NCBI GenBank assembly: GCA_051942205.1
Contig: JAVECO010000194.1
Location: 1 to 41,209, forward strand
DNA: 41,209 bases
Direction of reading: 5' to 3'
From: Coniocarpon cinnabarinum
Lineage: Eukaryota
How positions within the stretch are numbered: position 1 is the stretch's first letter; each line of letters begins with the position of its first letter. The position numbers were made by a program, and so were the translations under genes. Shown here piece by piece: positions 25,601-36,884 of the stretch. The notes beneath the pieces are model-generated. The model made no database searches and was not told where the DNA came from. It saw only the letters and a list, made by a program, of their open reading frames with translations.

Positions 25601-26399
25601 CACCAACCCCGCTGGCTCATCTGTCGCCGTGATCGCAGGCCAAACCGTGCCCGTCGGCTCAAGCGCAACCATAAACGGTGCTGTCGTTAACGTCCAACCT
25701 TCTGGAATTCAAGTTGCGTCAACAGATTCACAAGGCCACGTCGTGACGAGCAATGTAGCCGTCTCTGCTCTCCCTACCGCCGGTGTTGTGCCCGTTTCTC
25801 TATCCCCTCATCAAACCATGTCAGCGTCGTTGACATCGATGCCAAATGGCAGAGCAATGGTATTAGACGGCACCACCTTAAGCCCTCGTGTCGCAGCAAC
25901 GATATCAGGCCATTCCATTTCGCTGATGACAGATGGACATAATGTGGTCGTTGATGGGACGACGCAATTTTTCAACCCGTCTGGAAGTGGATGGGTCGCT
26001 GCGCCTTCTACTGTTCTTTCAGCGGGTGTGGGGTCGATTACGGCTGTGCAGAGCTTGTCCGTTGGAGCTGATGGGGTGACCTCGACCGTCGATATTGTGG
26101 GTAGTTCGATGATCACACCGGGTGCTTCGGCTGTTGTGGGCGGTCATACTTTTTCGAATAATAATGGGAGGTTAATTGAGGATGGGAGTACGACTGTCAG
26201 TATGGGTGATGCACCGACTGCCACGAGTGCTTCTGCTTCACCTACCAGTGGGGTGGGGACAGGTGGTACGGGTATGGGAACGGATAGCGCTGCAGGTGTG
26301 TCACCGACGCTCAGGACAAACGCGGCGGCGCATCGCAAAGTTGAAGGGCGGTTGGTGGTATTGGTGCTCGGCATTTTAGCATTTTTCATGGTGATATAA
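22655..26399 (+). CDS. Large secreted, probably GPI-anchored mucin-like cell-wall protein, about 1222 aa; exons 22655-22706, 22783-26399
   Basis: Signal-like MFALAFLPLLSVVRGAA and a 76-nt intron 22707-22782 (GTAAGT...TCTGAC...CAG). Then a Ser/Thr-rich region, a Cys-containing domain (VQLYYWP, TSPSVY, LDPAWSTC, GIYDPP), a Pro/Ala/Gly linker, IGGQTISAGG.ATI.G repeats and a hydrophobic C-terminus RTNAAA...LVVLVLGILAFFMVI. Confidence 0.88.
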
Positions 26400-27968
26400 A
26401 TAGTTATAGGCTGATATAGATGGTTACATGATCTAATAATGATAATGATGAATTGAGCAATACACGCCGCTGATCCTCAGTGTAGTTTCAATGTACGAAT
26501 GAAACTTTGTGAATCGTTTGCGAGAGCTGTTCCATGAGTGTAATATAAAGACGTACATTATTGAAGAAGACGGCCTAGATTCGTGACGGAATTGTTATAG
26601 TTGGATTGGTTGCACTTATGCACTTTGGACTACGGCGCGTTGAGAGTAATGCGTATCCAGTCCCTCTACGATGGAAATGTCTGGCATCCCGATTGCGGAG
26701 TCAATCTTGTTTATATCTCTCTTCACACTGTCCGATCGTGGCGCATGGCATCAATACAAATATGAAACGATGGTGATTTTATGAGCGGGACGCGGGCATA
26801 TGATTGTTTGTTCACTGTTCAGCATCTCGCGCTTGTGTATCACTTTACAGTCGTCTCGTGAGCTCCAAGATCCCTAGTGAGATGGTACAGAATCAGTCAC
26901 GACCAATCACTTCTAGTAGTGATTGATCAAGAATCGTTAGTTCTGGCAAATTCCATCGCGTGGATTTCCCAGTTTGTGGTCATCAATTGATCGGCATCAT
27001 TTGTGCATGATCATTTCAGGCATAGAAGGAGGGATGATGCAGGAAATGCAGAGATGACGAGACGTACAAGGTTTGAGGCTGCTGCTTAATATTTGCTGAA
27101 TGCAGGATGAAGTCGCCGACCATGTTTGCTGTTAATTGAAGAGCGCTTGCTATTTTGATGCTTGATTCCTATTGATGCATCTGTAGGATGGTGAAAGTAT
27201 TGGCAACGCCGTGACGGTGCTTCCACTACTAAATTTGTGAACTATCAGAAAGGAATGAGCCATGTTGAGAAATGTCTGAAGCCTTCAGACGCTCGTGGCT
27301 TATAAGGGGCGGAGTCTCAGTCGCTCGCTTCATTCCTACGCTCACATTGGGACGTCTGAGGCAGGCACAGCCTGCAAGATAGATCAGGATGCGAATGTCG
27401 TAAGGAATTATTGGCTGCCATGTCCACATTGCCGCATCCGACTCTCCATGTTATTTCCTCGTGGTCGTGGTATCAGAAAAGTGCGTTGGGGGAAGAGACG
27501 TGGATTCAGGAGCCCAGTACGAGCGTTCCTACGGTACGAACATACGCAATAAGTTGCAGCGCTCTTCCTGATGCACGTGTCGCAATGTTTGGAACTTGTG
27601 CTGTGTCATAAATGCGTATGTTACAAGGGCGAAGCCGGAAGCGCGGAGGCAGATTGGGCTTACTTTGAGAATCGTTCATGTCGCCCTGGTGGCCGACAAG
27701 TGTAAGCTGAAGAAACAAAGCTCGCGCAGTCAAATGCGCCCATGGTAAACAAGTGACCTTACACCTCTTACTGTGCAGATCTAACAAGTCACTTGGTGAA
27801 TTTTTCTTAGCTGTGCGTTGAGTTTCGGAGCTTCCGTAGATTTGTGGACGAACATACTTAATGCTTAATGCAAAGACAACATCGAGCTCTGACAAGCATA
27901 TCTAGACCCAGTAGTACTATGGTTGTGTTATAAGATAAAGATGGCTTTATGCGTGAGCTTGTAAGGTG

Positions 27969-28060
27969 GTAAGGGGCGAAAGGAGTATGGATTCCATGGA
28001 TGAAACTTGGAAGGATTGTTGCGTCCTACCAAGGACACCTCTTGTCTGATGAGGCCAGGT
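27969..28060 (+). promoter_or_regulatory. Conserved 92-bp upstream element of array copy 1
   Basis: Ungapped 76/92 match by hand to 29453-29544; starts 326 bp before the copy-1 ATG. Regulatory role is inferred. Confidence 0.65.
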
Positions 28061-28294
28061 CACTTGCATTGCTGTCGCAATCCTATGCCATGCCCAACCA
28101 CGCGCCTCTACGCAGTTCTCTTCTTGCTGGTCGATTCAGGAATAATCTCTAAACTTAAGGGAGACCGCTGTCAGCTGTGTTGAGAGAAAGAACGAATCTC
28201 TTTCTGCTTGGAGCACAAAGTGCACCTGGATCTCGGCCCCATCAAGACACAGACAAGAACCACGACAGGGAGAGGTCTTGATGTTGGTCGCACA

Positions 28295-29014
28295 ATGAGC
28301 CAACAACAGCAGCAGCCGGAGCAGCCACCTCCTCACCCTCATGATGCTTTCATTAAGAAATGGCTCGAGGGAAACGACTTTGACCACCCATTCGAGCGTG
28401 TCAGAGAAGTCCATCGCAAAGAGCACGTCGACCGAAGGGTCAGAGAAGGCGTACAGACTGGTCGCTTCCGAGATGAAGTGGAGGGAGTATTTCACTTCTT
28501 AAACTCGTGGAAGGCCCAGATTTTGACACGTCATGCACATCGAGGCGCAGACCCAATTGCGAGCACCTCGGCGACCGCTGCATCAGCATCTGCGCCTCAA
28601 CCTGCCGCTCAGCCTGCTGCAAATTCAAGCGGCGCTGGTTCCAAAGCGATCAAATCGCACGGTCACCTCAGGGCGGGCAATCTTGTAGTGTGGGAACCAA
28701 AGGAGACAGATGTGGAGGTGGAGAACTTGCGATTGTTCTGGTCAAAGGGTAACCAAAGGTCTGATGTAAAACAACAGCTTTACTTGCTGCTGGAGAGACA
28801 TTGCCTCCGTCCGTATGAGATTGCCAATAAGACTATGAAATGGAACAGAGGTTTGCTCTGGTGGCGGCTGCTGTTGACGGACCTTGCCAAATGTCAGTGG
28901 AGCTACAACGATGTGGATAATCGGCAGGCTCCAAAAGGCGAGCTCGAGAAGTGGCTTCAGGAATGGGGAGAGGTGATGGAGAAGCAATTTGGCAAAGAAA
29001 AGTACGGGCGGTGA
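28295..29014 (+). CDS. Uncharacterised tandem-array paralogue, copy 1 (239 aa)
   Basis: Intronless ORF MSQQQQQ...HPHDAFIKKWL...VWEPKETD...LLWWRLLLTDLAKCQW-x21-W...EKYGR. ATG 28295 was chosen by homology with the MSQ starts of the other copies. Confidence 0.8.
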   Translation: MSQQQQQPEQPPPHPHDAFIKKWLEGNDFDHPFERVREVHRKEHVDRRVREGVQTGRFRDEVEGVFHFLNSWKAQILTRHAHRGADPIASTSATAASASAPQPAAQPAANSSGAGSKAIKSHGHLRAGNLVVWEPKETDVEVENLRLFWSKGNQRSDVKQQLYLLLERHCLRPYEIANKTMKWNRGLLWWRLLLTDLAKCQWSYNDVDNRQAPKGELEKWLQEWGEVMEKQFGKEKYGR

Positions 29015-29452
29015 AAAGGAATAAGGTGTTATGCATGTGCCTGTGTTTCTAGGAAACATACAGCTATAGCGTGGGCAGCACATAAGCTTTGCAGGCGCTA
29101 ACTCACTAGGCTCGAATGCTGGAGGTGTATAAGTCGCAACAATCAGACTGTAAGGGATACATTATGTCGCTTAAGCTTAGAGCACCTCTACTGCCGGGCG
29201 TTCTCAAGAGCCGTGAAGGGCGCTCGTGTTGATGGACAATGACTGTTAAGTAGTGTCTAAATCTTCGAGCTTTGCTCTTTATCTTAATGAGCTTAGTATC
29301 TAATACGACAACTTTAAGTTCTTACGCAAGTAGATTTATAGTGATTTAAGTATAAGGTCTAGTAAAATAATTCTTTTTTTGAGAACGTGTATGCAGCAGG
29401 AGCTTAGAGATCTTAGACCCTGTTGTGATGGGAACAAGTGGGCGCGACTTGA

Positions 29453-29544
29453 GTAAGGGGCGGGAGGATTATGGTTTCTGTGGATGAAACTGAGAAGGAT
29501 CGTTGCTTCCTACTAAGGACACCTTTTGTCTCATACGGCGAGGT
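29453..29544 (+). promoter_or_regulatory. Conserved 92-bp upstream element of array copy 2
   Basis: Homologous to 27969-28060; starts 325 bp before the copy-2 ATG. Confidence 0.65.
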
Positions 29545-29777
29545 AGGTCTTGAAATTCTCCGTAAAAGCGGTCTCTCACAGCGTGCGGTCTTGATCTTTT
29601 GGTGCTCGCATAAGCAATACATACGGGACGAACCATAGACTTCCTGAAACGAGCAAGCAGCTGCAGGAAGCGGATATAGACGTTCCCTGTCGAAGTGCAC
29701 TCTACGTCTCCACGTCAGCCACATGGGAGCAATAATCAGGGAGCTGCCATTGTAGAGACTTCACTGCTGACAGTAAA

Positions 29778-30587
29778 ATGAGCCAAGCGTCGCAGCAGTC
29801 AGAGCCGTCCGCCGAGGAGCGTCACTACTCACACATCCGCGAATGGCTGACTGAGCGAGGCCACGGCAATAATCCGAACGCACTCAGGAAGTGTATAGAG
29901 TCTTACCACAGTTCGCGAATGCAGGAACAAATCGGTGGACAGTCTCCAGGCCAGCAAAGGCATGGGATACGTGCCTTCCTCGATCAATTAGAAAAGAGTC
30001 TCTCAGGAAGGAAAGAGAGCTCGACAGCAAGCGATCCTGGGGGGGCAGCGGCAACGCCTGCAACTGCCCCTGAGCCTCCCTCTCAGCCGGCGCCTCAAAC
30101 TGCAGCTCTGCGCCCATTTCAACCCAACACGCCCGGCAGCCAGAGTAGCACGGCCTCCAAGGCGGTGGTAGCCCACACGGGACCAAGGGAGCGCGACACA
30201 CACGTCTGGGTACCAACAGACCAAGACGTGCGGGAAGACTTGCGGTCATACTGGAGCTCTCCGCGAGGAAGATGCGCAGTGAAAGACCGAATGTTGTCCT
30301 ATGTGCTAGAGAAACATGGCATCGTGAGTCCACACATGCGCGATTCTGCCGCCCCCCAAAAAGATCGCAGAAAGTACAACGACCTCGTCATGCTCTGGTG
30401 GCAGGTCTTGTTGACAGATCTGAGCCTAAGCAATTGGGACCCTCTCGACGTGGAGCGGCGCCAGCTTCCATACGACGAGTTGAACAACTGGTTTCAGGAG
30501 TGGTACCGAGTATTCCATTATCAGTGGAATCGGGAGAAATATGGACTGCTTCAATCAAGGGCGGCACATCGACAGCTTACGTCTTAA
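29778..30587 (+). CDS. Uncharacterised tandem-array paralogue, copy 2 (269 aa)
   Basis: MSQASQQS...HYSHIREWL...VWVPTDQD...MLWWQVLLTDLSLSNW-x21-W...EKYGL. Confidence 0.82.
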   Translation: MSQASQQSEPSAEERHYSHIREWLTERGHGNNPNALRKCIESYHSSRMQEQIGGQSPGQQRHGIRAFLDQLEKSLSGRKESSTASDPGGAAATPATAPEPPSQPAPQTAALRPFQPNTPGSQSSTASKAVVAHTGPRERDTHVWVPTDQDVREDLRSYWSSPRGRCAVKDRMLSYVLEKHGIVSPHMRDSAAPQKDRRKYNDLVMLWWQVLLTDLSLSNWDPLDVERRQLPYDELNNWFQEWYRVFHYQWNREKYGLLQSRAAHRQLTS

Positions 30588-31678
30588 GCAAAAGACGGAC
30601 CGTGGGACTCCCTTGATTCGTCGTAGAATGTGTGAAAGTGAAAACGAAAGTGTTGACTGATAGCGGAGCGTCGAATCTCGTCAACAGTGCCACAATGTCT
30701 CCGCCCGCTTGCAGTGACGTCAGACGGGCATATTTCCGCAGTCACGTGACTATTCACTTACATCTCTAGATCTCCAATGCTGTACATTAACTCGGCTGAT
30801 TCCTGAGTGAACGCACAATTCTACGGGAAGCTCCTCTCACGACTCGTAATTATTACTTAAGACCATTGAAATGCATATTTACCGAGAAGCGAGTAGCTAC
30901 CGCTCATCTAATCATGTAATCTTTCAGCTACTATATTGTGAGGATGACCTGGCTCTACGTTTCTCGTGCGTATCATCTTCCAAGACTGACTGGGTGTGGG
31001 CGTCGCACCTTTGTTCAGCGGGAGTGGCGCTGTACCAAGAAGTTGCGTTGCTTGATGTGTTGCTTTGAGTGTGCAGTACCTCTGCCTTCAAACACTCCTA
31101 GGAGACGCAGTGACTGCTTGTGTTAATGGACAATGAAACCCACTCGTGATAAATGAGAATCGCGCAATTTGTACAGGCTTAGCCTGTGGTTTTGCAAGAC
31201 TAAGTGCTCACGGGAACAGAAATGTAGAAGTCTGAGCTGAAGGTCCAGTGCAATTGTTCCTTCTACCAGAGCATGGACGCAAGGCGAGATTTAGCGTGCT
31301 TGGGATCTGTTGTGATGCGGAAGAGTGGCCGTTATTTTGGTGAGGGGGCCGAAGGAATATCAGGATTGCTGATGCCTCCGAAGAACACCTCTCGCTAAGT
31401 GAGACAGGACGTTTTGCAGCGTACTTCATGTTCGGCGTGCGTCTCCTCGCACAATCCACGCCTTCTTAACACATAAACTTACATCAATAGCCGGGCTCCC
31501 TTACCAGCTGTACTGTCCGCGAATCCATACGACCATGCGCGCCTAACAGACCAATCTCTTCCAAGCCAAAGATCAGTAAAGTGCTGTCCAAAGTCACTTG
31601 TATTCTTTGGTCTCGTCCTCGAAGCGTTTCAAACGCAAGCAAAAGCTGGATATCAAGATTTAGGGCCCCTTGTTCGGG

Positions 31679-32440
31679 ATGAACGAATCACAGCAAGAAT
31701 CCTCCAGAAATGTACCCCATCACCCGGATCATGACGAAATCGATCAATACCTGTTGAAAACTAGTACTACTGGGTTATTTAACCACAAATTTTCTGACTA
31801 CTTGAAAAGAACGCACCACGAAAGGAACATGACGCAAGTTTTTGATAAGGAACCTCGGGATCAGCGCCAGGAGAAAATCCGTCAGTGGGTTCGAGAAGAA
31901 AACAAATCAGTCAGTTTGAAGGGAATGTATACGTGGATCACGGGGTCGCGGCCCACCTCTTCCAGTGCACCAGACGAGGCTGCAGTCTCGACTTCGAGTG
32001 ACTCCATCACCGCCCCAATCGGGAATCAATCCAGCGTAGATCTCAAGGAGCTCGTCTCGCACGCCGAGCAAAAGCGTACTCTCCAATACGTGTGGTTACC
32101 AACAAAAGAGGACATGGGGCCCTTGGCATTTCTAGCAGAAGAATCAAAGATGGGCTCGAGGCGCTACCTCAAACAGAGTCTGGAAGCCAGAAATCTCAAA
32201 CTTTCGGCTGGCGCAAAGATCGAGCTGGATGGTGTAAAGAAGAGGTATTTGGCAGGAACGTTGTGGTGGCGGCTTTTTCTTGCTGACGCAAATCTATCTG
32301 CATGGACTATAAATCATGTTCAAGACGAGGTCCAAGTGAAGAAAGTCGCAGAAAAGTTTGTATCTGACTGGATAGAGGTTAAAAGGTGGCAGCATGACTC
32401 CCATTTGTACGCAGTCCCCTCCAGTGTACTCAGTGGTTAG
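31679..32440 (+). CDS. Uncharacterised tandem-array paralogue, copy 3 (253 aa)
   Basis: MNESQQES...HHPDHDEIDQYL...VWLPTKED...TLWWRLFLADANLSAW-x21-W...HLYAV. Confidence 0.82.
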   Translation: MNESQQESSRNVPHHPDHDEIDQYLLKTSTTGLFNHKFSDYLKRTHHERNMTQVFDKEPRDQRQEKIRQWVREENKSVSLKGMYTWITGSRPTSSSAPDEAAVSTSSDSITAPIGNQSSVDLKELVSHAEQKRTLQYVWLPTKEDMGPLAFLAEESKMGSRRYLKQSLEARNLKLSAGAKIELDGVKKRYLAGTLWWRLFLADANLSAWTINHVQDEVQVKKVAEKFVSDWIEVKRWQHDSHLYAVPSSVLSG

Positions 32441-33242
32441 GTCCGGTTCGAGTACCGTTAACGTTAAGAGAGGAAGCCTTACCAGATCATTTTTGCAGCA
32501 GCTCACGAGCAGTAGCAGTAGATAATCTGGGGCTGTGGCGATGCAACAGCTCGCACGACTCTGTGCAGTAGAATTCCGATATTTTCCTAGAGACAGGTGG
32601 CCTCTCACCCCATTCCTACTACATAGGAAGGTTCTCGTAGGTGACATAGGCCAGTCCTATCGTGTCGCTACAAAGCTTGAACCCGCAAGCTGTTCGTTTT
32701 CGAGGGTATGCACCAGTGAGAAGCCGGCAAAACAACCAAACCCGGCTCAAGCCTCCAGTCAGGGCTTCACGCCTGCGTACTCTAATTCCAATGAGATAGA
32801 GCTCGCTTGGTTGCATGTACCAGGCCCATGCACGAATAAAGGGCGTTGCTGTGTTGTATTCGCATCGTCACATCTTCTAGATGTCTCTGCAGCGTATGCT
32901 GAACTATTCGCATCGACGTGAAGGTCTCTACCACCCTTCGACCACCACCTATGAGATACGTTCAAGTTTGCACGTGCCTTTACCTAGTGCTACACATGTT
33001 TTGTGACTGTCGAGTGGACCCTTCACATATTTTTCCCTAGTACAGATTTGCGGCCAGGGGGGCAAATCCGACGCTGTGGCCCCTGCGCAAGGCTGTTTGC
33101 AAGGTGAGTCTCTCAGCATCGGAGACGTGTTACGCGCGCGTTACTTCAAATCAAGCGTAATTATCGATGGCCCGCAACACTTTGGATTATTGTCTTGCCG
33201 AACACTCTCATTCTTCATAGATATCTGTTGTCATGAAGTTGC

Positions 33243-33262
33243 AGAGAGAGAGAGAGAGAGAG
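33243..33262 (+). repeat. (AG)10 microsatellite upstream of array copy 4
   Basis: Directly visible agagagag... run. Confidence 0.9.
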
Positions 33263-33538
33263 GGGGGCTAAGAATTTTTGACGACATCGCGTTTGAACAG
33301 CTAACCGAAAGCTGCAGCCAAATCTCCAGCCAAAAGTTGTTTAAAGATTATGGGTAGACTAACTGCATTCCTCCCTCAAAGATCTTTCTTTTGATTGTAA
33401 AAGCTACCACTCAGCTTGACAGCGTAGCTCGGCCTGACCAAGAGGAGGTTCGAAATACCAAAATGATCTCATTACGCATGTTGTCCCTATGATCATCAAT
33501 AAGGACCAGATGGGCCAGCTGTCCAGCTTGCTCTCGAA

Positions 33539-34357
33539 ATGAGTCAGGCACTAAATCAATCCTCAAACAATCCAACTAATCACAATGATCATTTACATAT
33601 TCGTAGCTTCTTAGAACAAAACGCTTTGGGACTCAACGAAGAGGTCGAAAGCGCTCTGCAATGGAGACATCATAAAGGCATTAGAGAGGGCAAACTCGAT
33701 AGCGAGTCGATACCTGATCACGATGCACGCGAAGCAAAACTTCATGCGTGGATCTGGAGGTTGTTAGACGCTTTCTGGGAACCGTTCGTCCATCATGCAG
33801 AGCACACCAGGCCTGCAGCAGCTTTTGCCACCGCCTTAGCCGGACCCGCAGTCGCTTCTGCGAGTGGCACCATTGCGTCTACCACAGCATCGTCCAGCAC
33901 ATCCCAAACAAGTTTTCAAGATACTCACGCCACACTGAAAAAGGGTGAACAACGGATATGGCTCCCAGCAGACGAGAATCTAGAACCACCGAAGTGTTTA
34001 GGAGATCCCGGAGGAAGGCAAAATCAAATCGTGAATAAACGACGATTGAGCAACTACTTGAAACGAGCGAACATCAAAATGAGACAAACAAAAGGGATTG
34101 AACTGACTGACCGTACTAAGGAGCCCGATAGTATCATCGTGTTGTGGTGCCGCCTTTGGCTTGCGGACGCTCATCTAGACCATTAGACCATAGCTCAAGC
34201 GAGGGAAGAATACGATATAATAGAGGCAATCGTAGATACAAGGATCGATACCTAGCTAGGAGTTATGCCAGATAAAGAAGGTCACAGACTTTACGAGATC
34301 ACTCCAGAAGCCGAAGTGCATATACTGCTAGTAGAACTGTATGACCGGACTATTTGA
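33539..34357 (+). pseudogene. Tandem-array paralogue, copy 4, with two in-frame TAG codons at conserved Trp positions (pseudogene or recoded gene)
   Basis: MSQALNQS...HNDHLHIRSFL...IWLPADEN...VLWCRLWLADAHLDH*(34184-34186)TIAQAREEYDIIEAIVDTRIDT*(34253-34255)LGVM...HRLYEI...TGA 34355-34357. Homology continues in frame past both stops. Confidence 0.75.
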
Positions 34358-36188
34358 AGGGGTTGCGAAAGTGATTGAATTGCCACTGTGTTGTTCTATA
34401 GACCTCATTTGCTTGCTGTTTTGAACTGAGCTAAGAAGTCAATCGGAGTATAGCGGATATGAATCGGGACATGCTCCACGCACAACACATGGCCACAAGT
34501 CTTGCAAGGCCGGTGAAGTACATGACCGAGTCTGGCAAGCTGACTCTTGCTGCACGCTGTACGTTGGCGCGATAAGCAGTGCAGAAATGCAAGTTAACAT
34601 GTAGTATCTAGCCCTGCATCGTTGTCGAGGCCGGGGTGAGCTCTATGAATTCTTGAATGTACGCGAGACTGGGGTTTCTAGATGTACCGCGAAGCAGAAA
34701 GTCATAGAGCTATACAGCCCGAAACCAACTCATAGCCCAAGGAACCCTGCTACTGCGGCTTTCTGATGACTGAACCTACGCTCTCAAGACAGACCAATAA
34801 GATGACTCCAGTAAAATAATTAGTGAGAGGTTCAAGGATAGGTAAATGGTGCGCATAGTATATTCGAAAGGGTCACTGCATCACTTCAGGAGATCTAAGC
34901 CGAGAATCTGACGCCGATGCTGGGGCCAATCTGACACGTGACCTGTCAGATATTGCTGGGCAATACGGAGCACAGCCAGCGCCGATGCCCCATAGCGTAC
35001 AGATTTTCGCTTCATATACACAGGTGGCCTTTCATCGCGTACGAAATGGTGTCTATTTCGTGCACAGGGATTGTCCAGCTTTTCTTCGGCGTGCGAAACC
35101 TTATTTGGGCGGTGGCGCGAATGACAGTGGCGCTAGCATTCGGAGACGCCGGGAGTGGAACGGCATCTGTCTCGCGAGAGTCGACGGCGCTTCCATCCGA
35201 CAGGTAGAATGGCTGGACGCCGAATGTATTGGAGACTTGCAACGCGATCCAGGCATGAGGCAAGGCTGCGCTTCCTAGCTAAGGTCTGACCAAGTGCAGG
35301 CTTTGATACACTGGTGGAAAGCGAAGAGGCTTCGCTGGCAATCGGCCATATCGAGCAGGAGGATCATCAGCCTTCCGTCTTGCTCAAACATGGCATGCTC
35401 TTGCCCCCAACACAAAGCCCCCGACCCCCTGCTCGGATGTGGACGAATCGAAGAATCCGCAGTTGGGACATATTCGTCTCGGAATTTCCAACTGTTTTCT
35501 TACAGCTTTACAAGCGTTTTACCTGCACCAACATTTTAGCGGTTTTTTCGCCCGTGACGTTACTATCCGAGCCCTCCGCTTGAAGCAGGATGGCTCGTCA
35601 TAATAGACAACCTAGAAGTCAAGCTCAAACCTATAAGAGTACTGCAGATCAGCACACTTGTGCAGCAACCTCAGCGGCGACTTTGGTCTGCCCGCACAGC
35701 AAGCCCTAGAGCTCTTGTGCAAGTGAGTCGAAGATTAATTGCTTGAGACGTGCGAGTGACGTAGCGTCTTGAAAAGCGTCGGAATCCTGCGGATCAGGGA
35801 TTATTAAAAGCGGCGTTGGTAAGTATTGAGGATTCCCTGAACTGATCCATTCCTCGTGTAGAGACGCTTCTGGGCGGATGCGTGTGAGCGTGCAAGATCC
35901 ACGACTTTAAGGACAACTTACATCAAATACTCTTATTTGGACAGTTTAGCAAATATACTACTTAGGTTTCTAAATACGTAGCACTTACAACTTAACGTAC
36001 TTAACGTACAAAGAAGCTATTTTTCTTGCACAAGAATGGCTTCTACTATTTAGATATACTTTTTTACTCGTTTCATTTACTCTTCAATCACAAGAAAACT
36101 TGAATGACTTGAACTTCTAGCGCGTGCTCTTGTTCTCGTTTCTAGATACCTTTCCAAAAGAAATACCGGTAGGTACGCTTCCGTCAAC

Positions 36189-36884
36189 ATGAGTCAGTCG
36201 CAGCAACAATCGACAGAAGATATACCAGACCACCCAGATCATGAGCATATTGAAAGCTTCCTCGAAAACGATGAGCTCAAAAACAATCAAACTTTCAGAA
36301 AACTTGCAAAGCATTTACATAAGCAGCAGAACACAGGAGGAAAACTCGATGGAATGAATGTGACGCCCGATCAGCGTAAGGCTCACATGCACGAGTTTAT
36401 GAGAAAAGTGAAAGCGCATTATGTCCCCAAAGCGCTTGCTCAAGAAGCGCAACCCGCGGTCGCTTCCTCGAGTCGTAACGCCCCACCGCCTCTTCGATCG
36501 TATGCCGAGGTCAAATTCAACGACGAAGAGGTATGGTTGCCCTCAGACGCGGACTTGGGGAGCTTTGCCAACCTTGCAATTCGGGCAACGGGTACGGGGA
36601 CGGACCAAGCGAGAGCAGAATTCTATTTTCACTTGGGAAAAGCTGGCATCAGAGTCGATTTAAAGAGAAGGCTTCGTGGGCTCGATGGCCAGTCGAAAGA
36701 TTGGACCTTGGGCGTTCTGTGGTGGCGTCTGTTCCTGGCTGATGCGAACGGAAGCAGATGGAATTACTTAAACGTGATCGACTTTGAACTTGTTGGGAGA
36801 AACAGCCCGAATTGGATCGCTGCATGGATGCGGGTGATGGCAAGACAAAAATACCGCAAAACGTACGGACTCGAGGAAGCTTAG
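36189..36884 (+). CDS. Uncharacterised tandem-array paralogue, copy 5 (231 aa)
   Basis: MSQSQQQS...DHPDHEHIESFL...VWLPSDAD...VLWWRLFLADANGSRW-x21-W...KTYGL. Confidence 0.82.
   Translation: MSQSQQQSTEDIPDHPDHEHIESFLENDELKNNQTFRKLAKHLHKQQNTGGKLDGMNVTPDQRKAHMHEFMRKVKAHYVPKALAQEAQPAVASSSRNAPPPLRSYAEVKFNDEEVWLPSDADLGSFANLAIRATGTGTDQARAEFYFHLGKAGIRVDLKRRLRGLDGQSKDWTLGVLWWRLFLADANGSRWNYLNVIDFELVGRNSPNWIAAWMRVMARQKYRKTYGLEEA

Noticed and set aside
28000..28060. Hammerhead ribozyme-like words GAAAC...GTC...CTGATGA in the copy-1 upstream element
   Set aside because: Stems I-III cannot be paired properly, and the copy-2 homologue has CTCATAC in place of CTGATGA.
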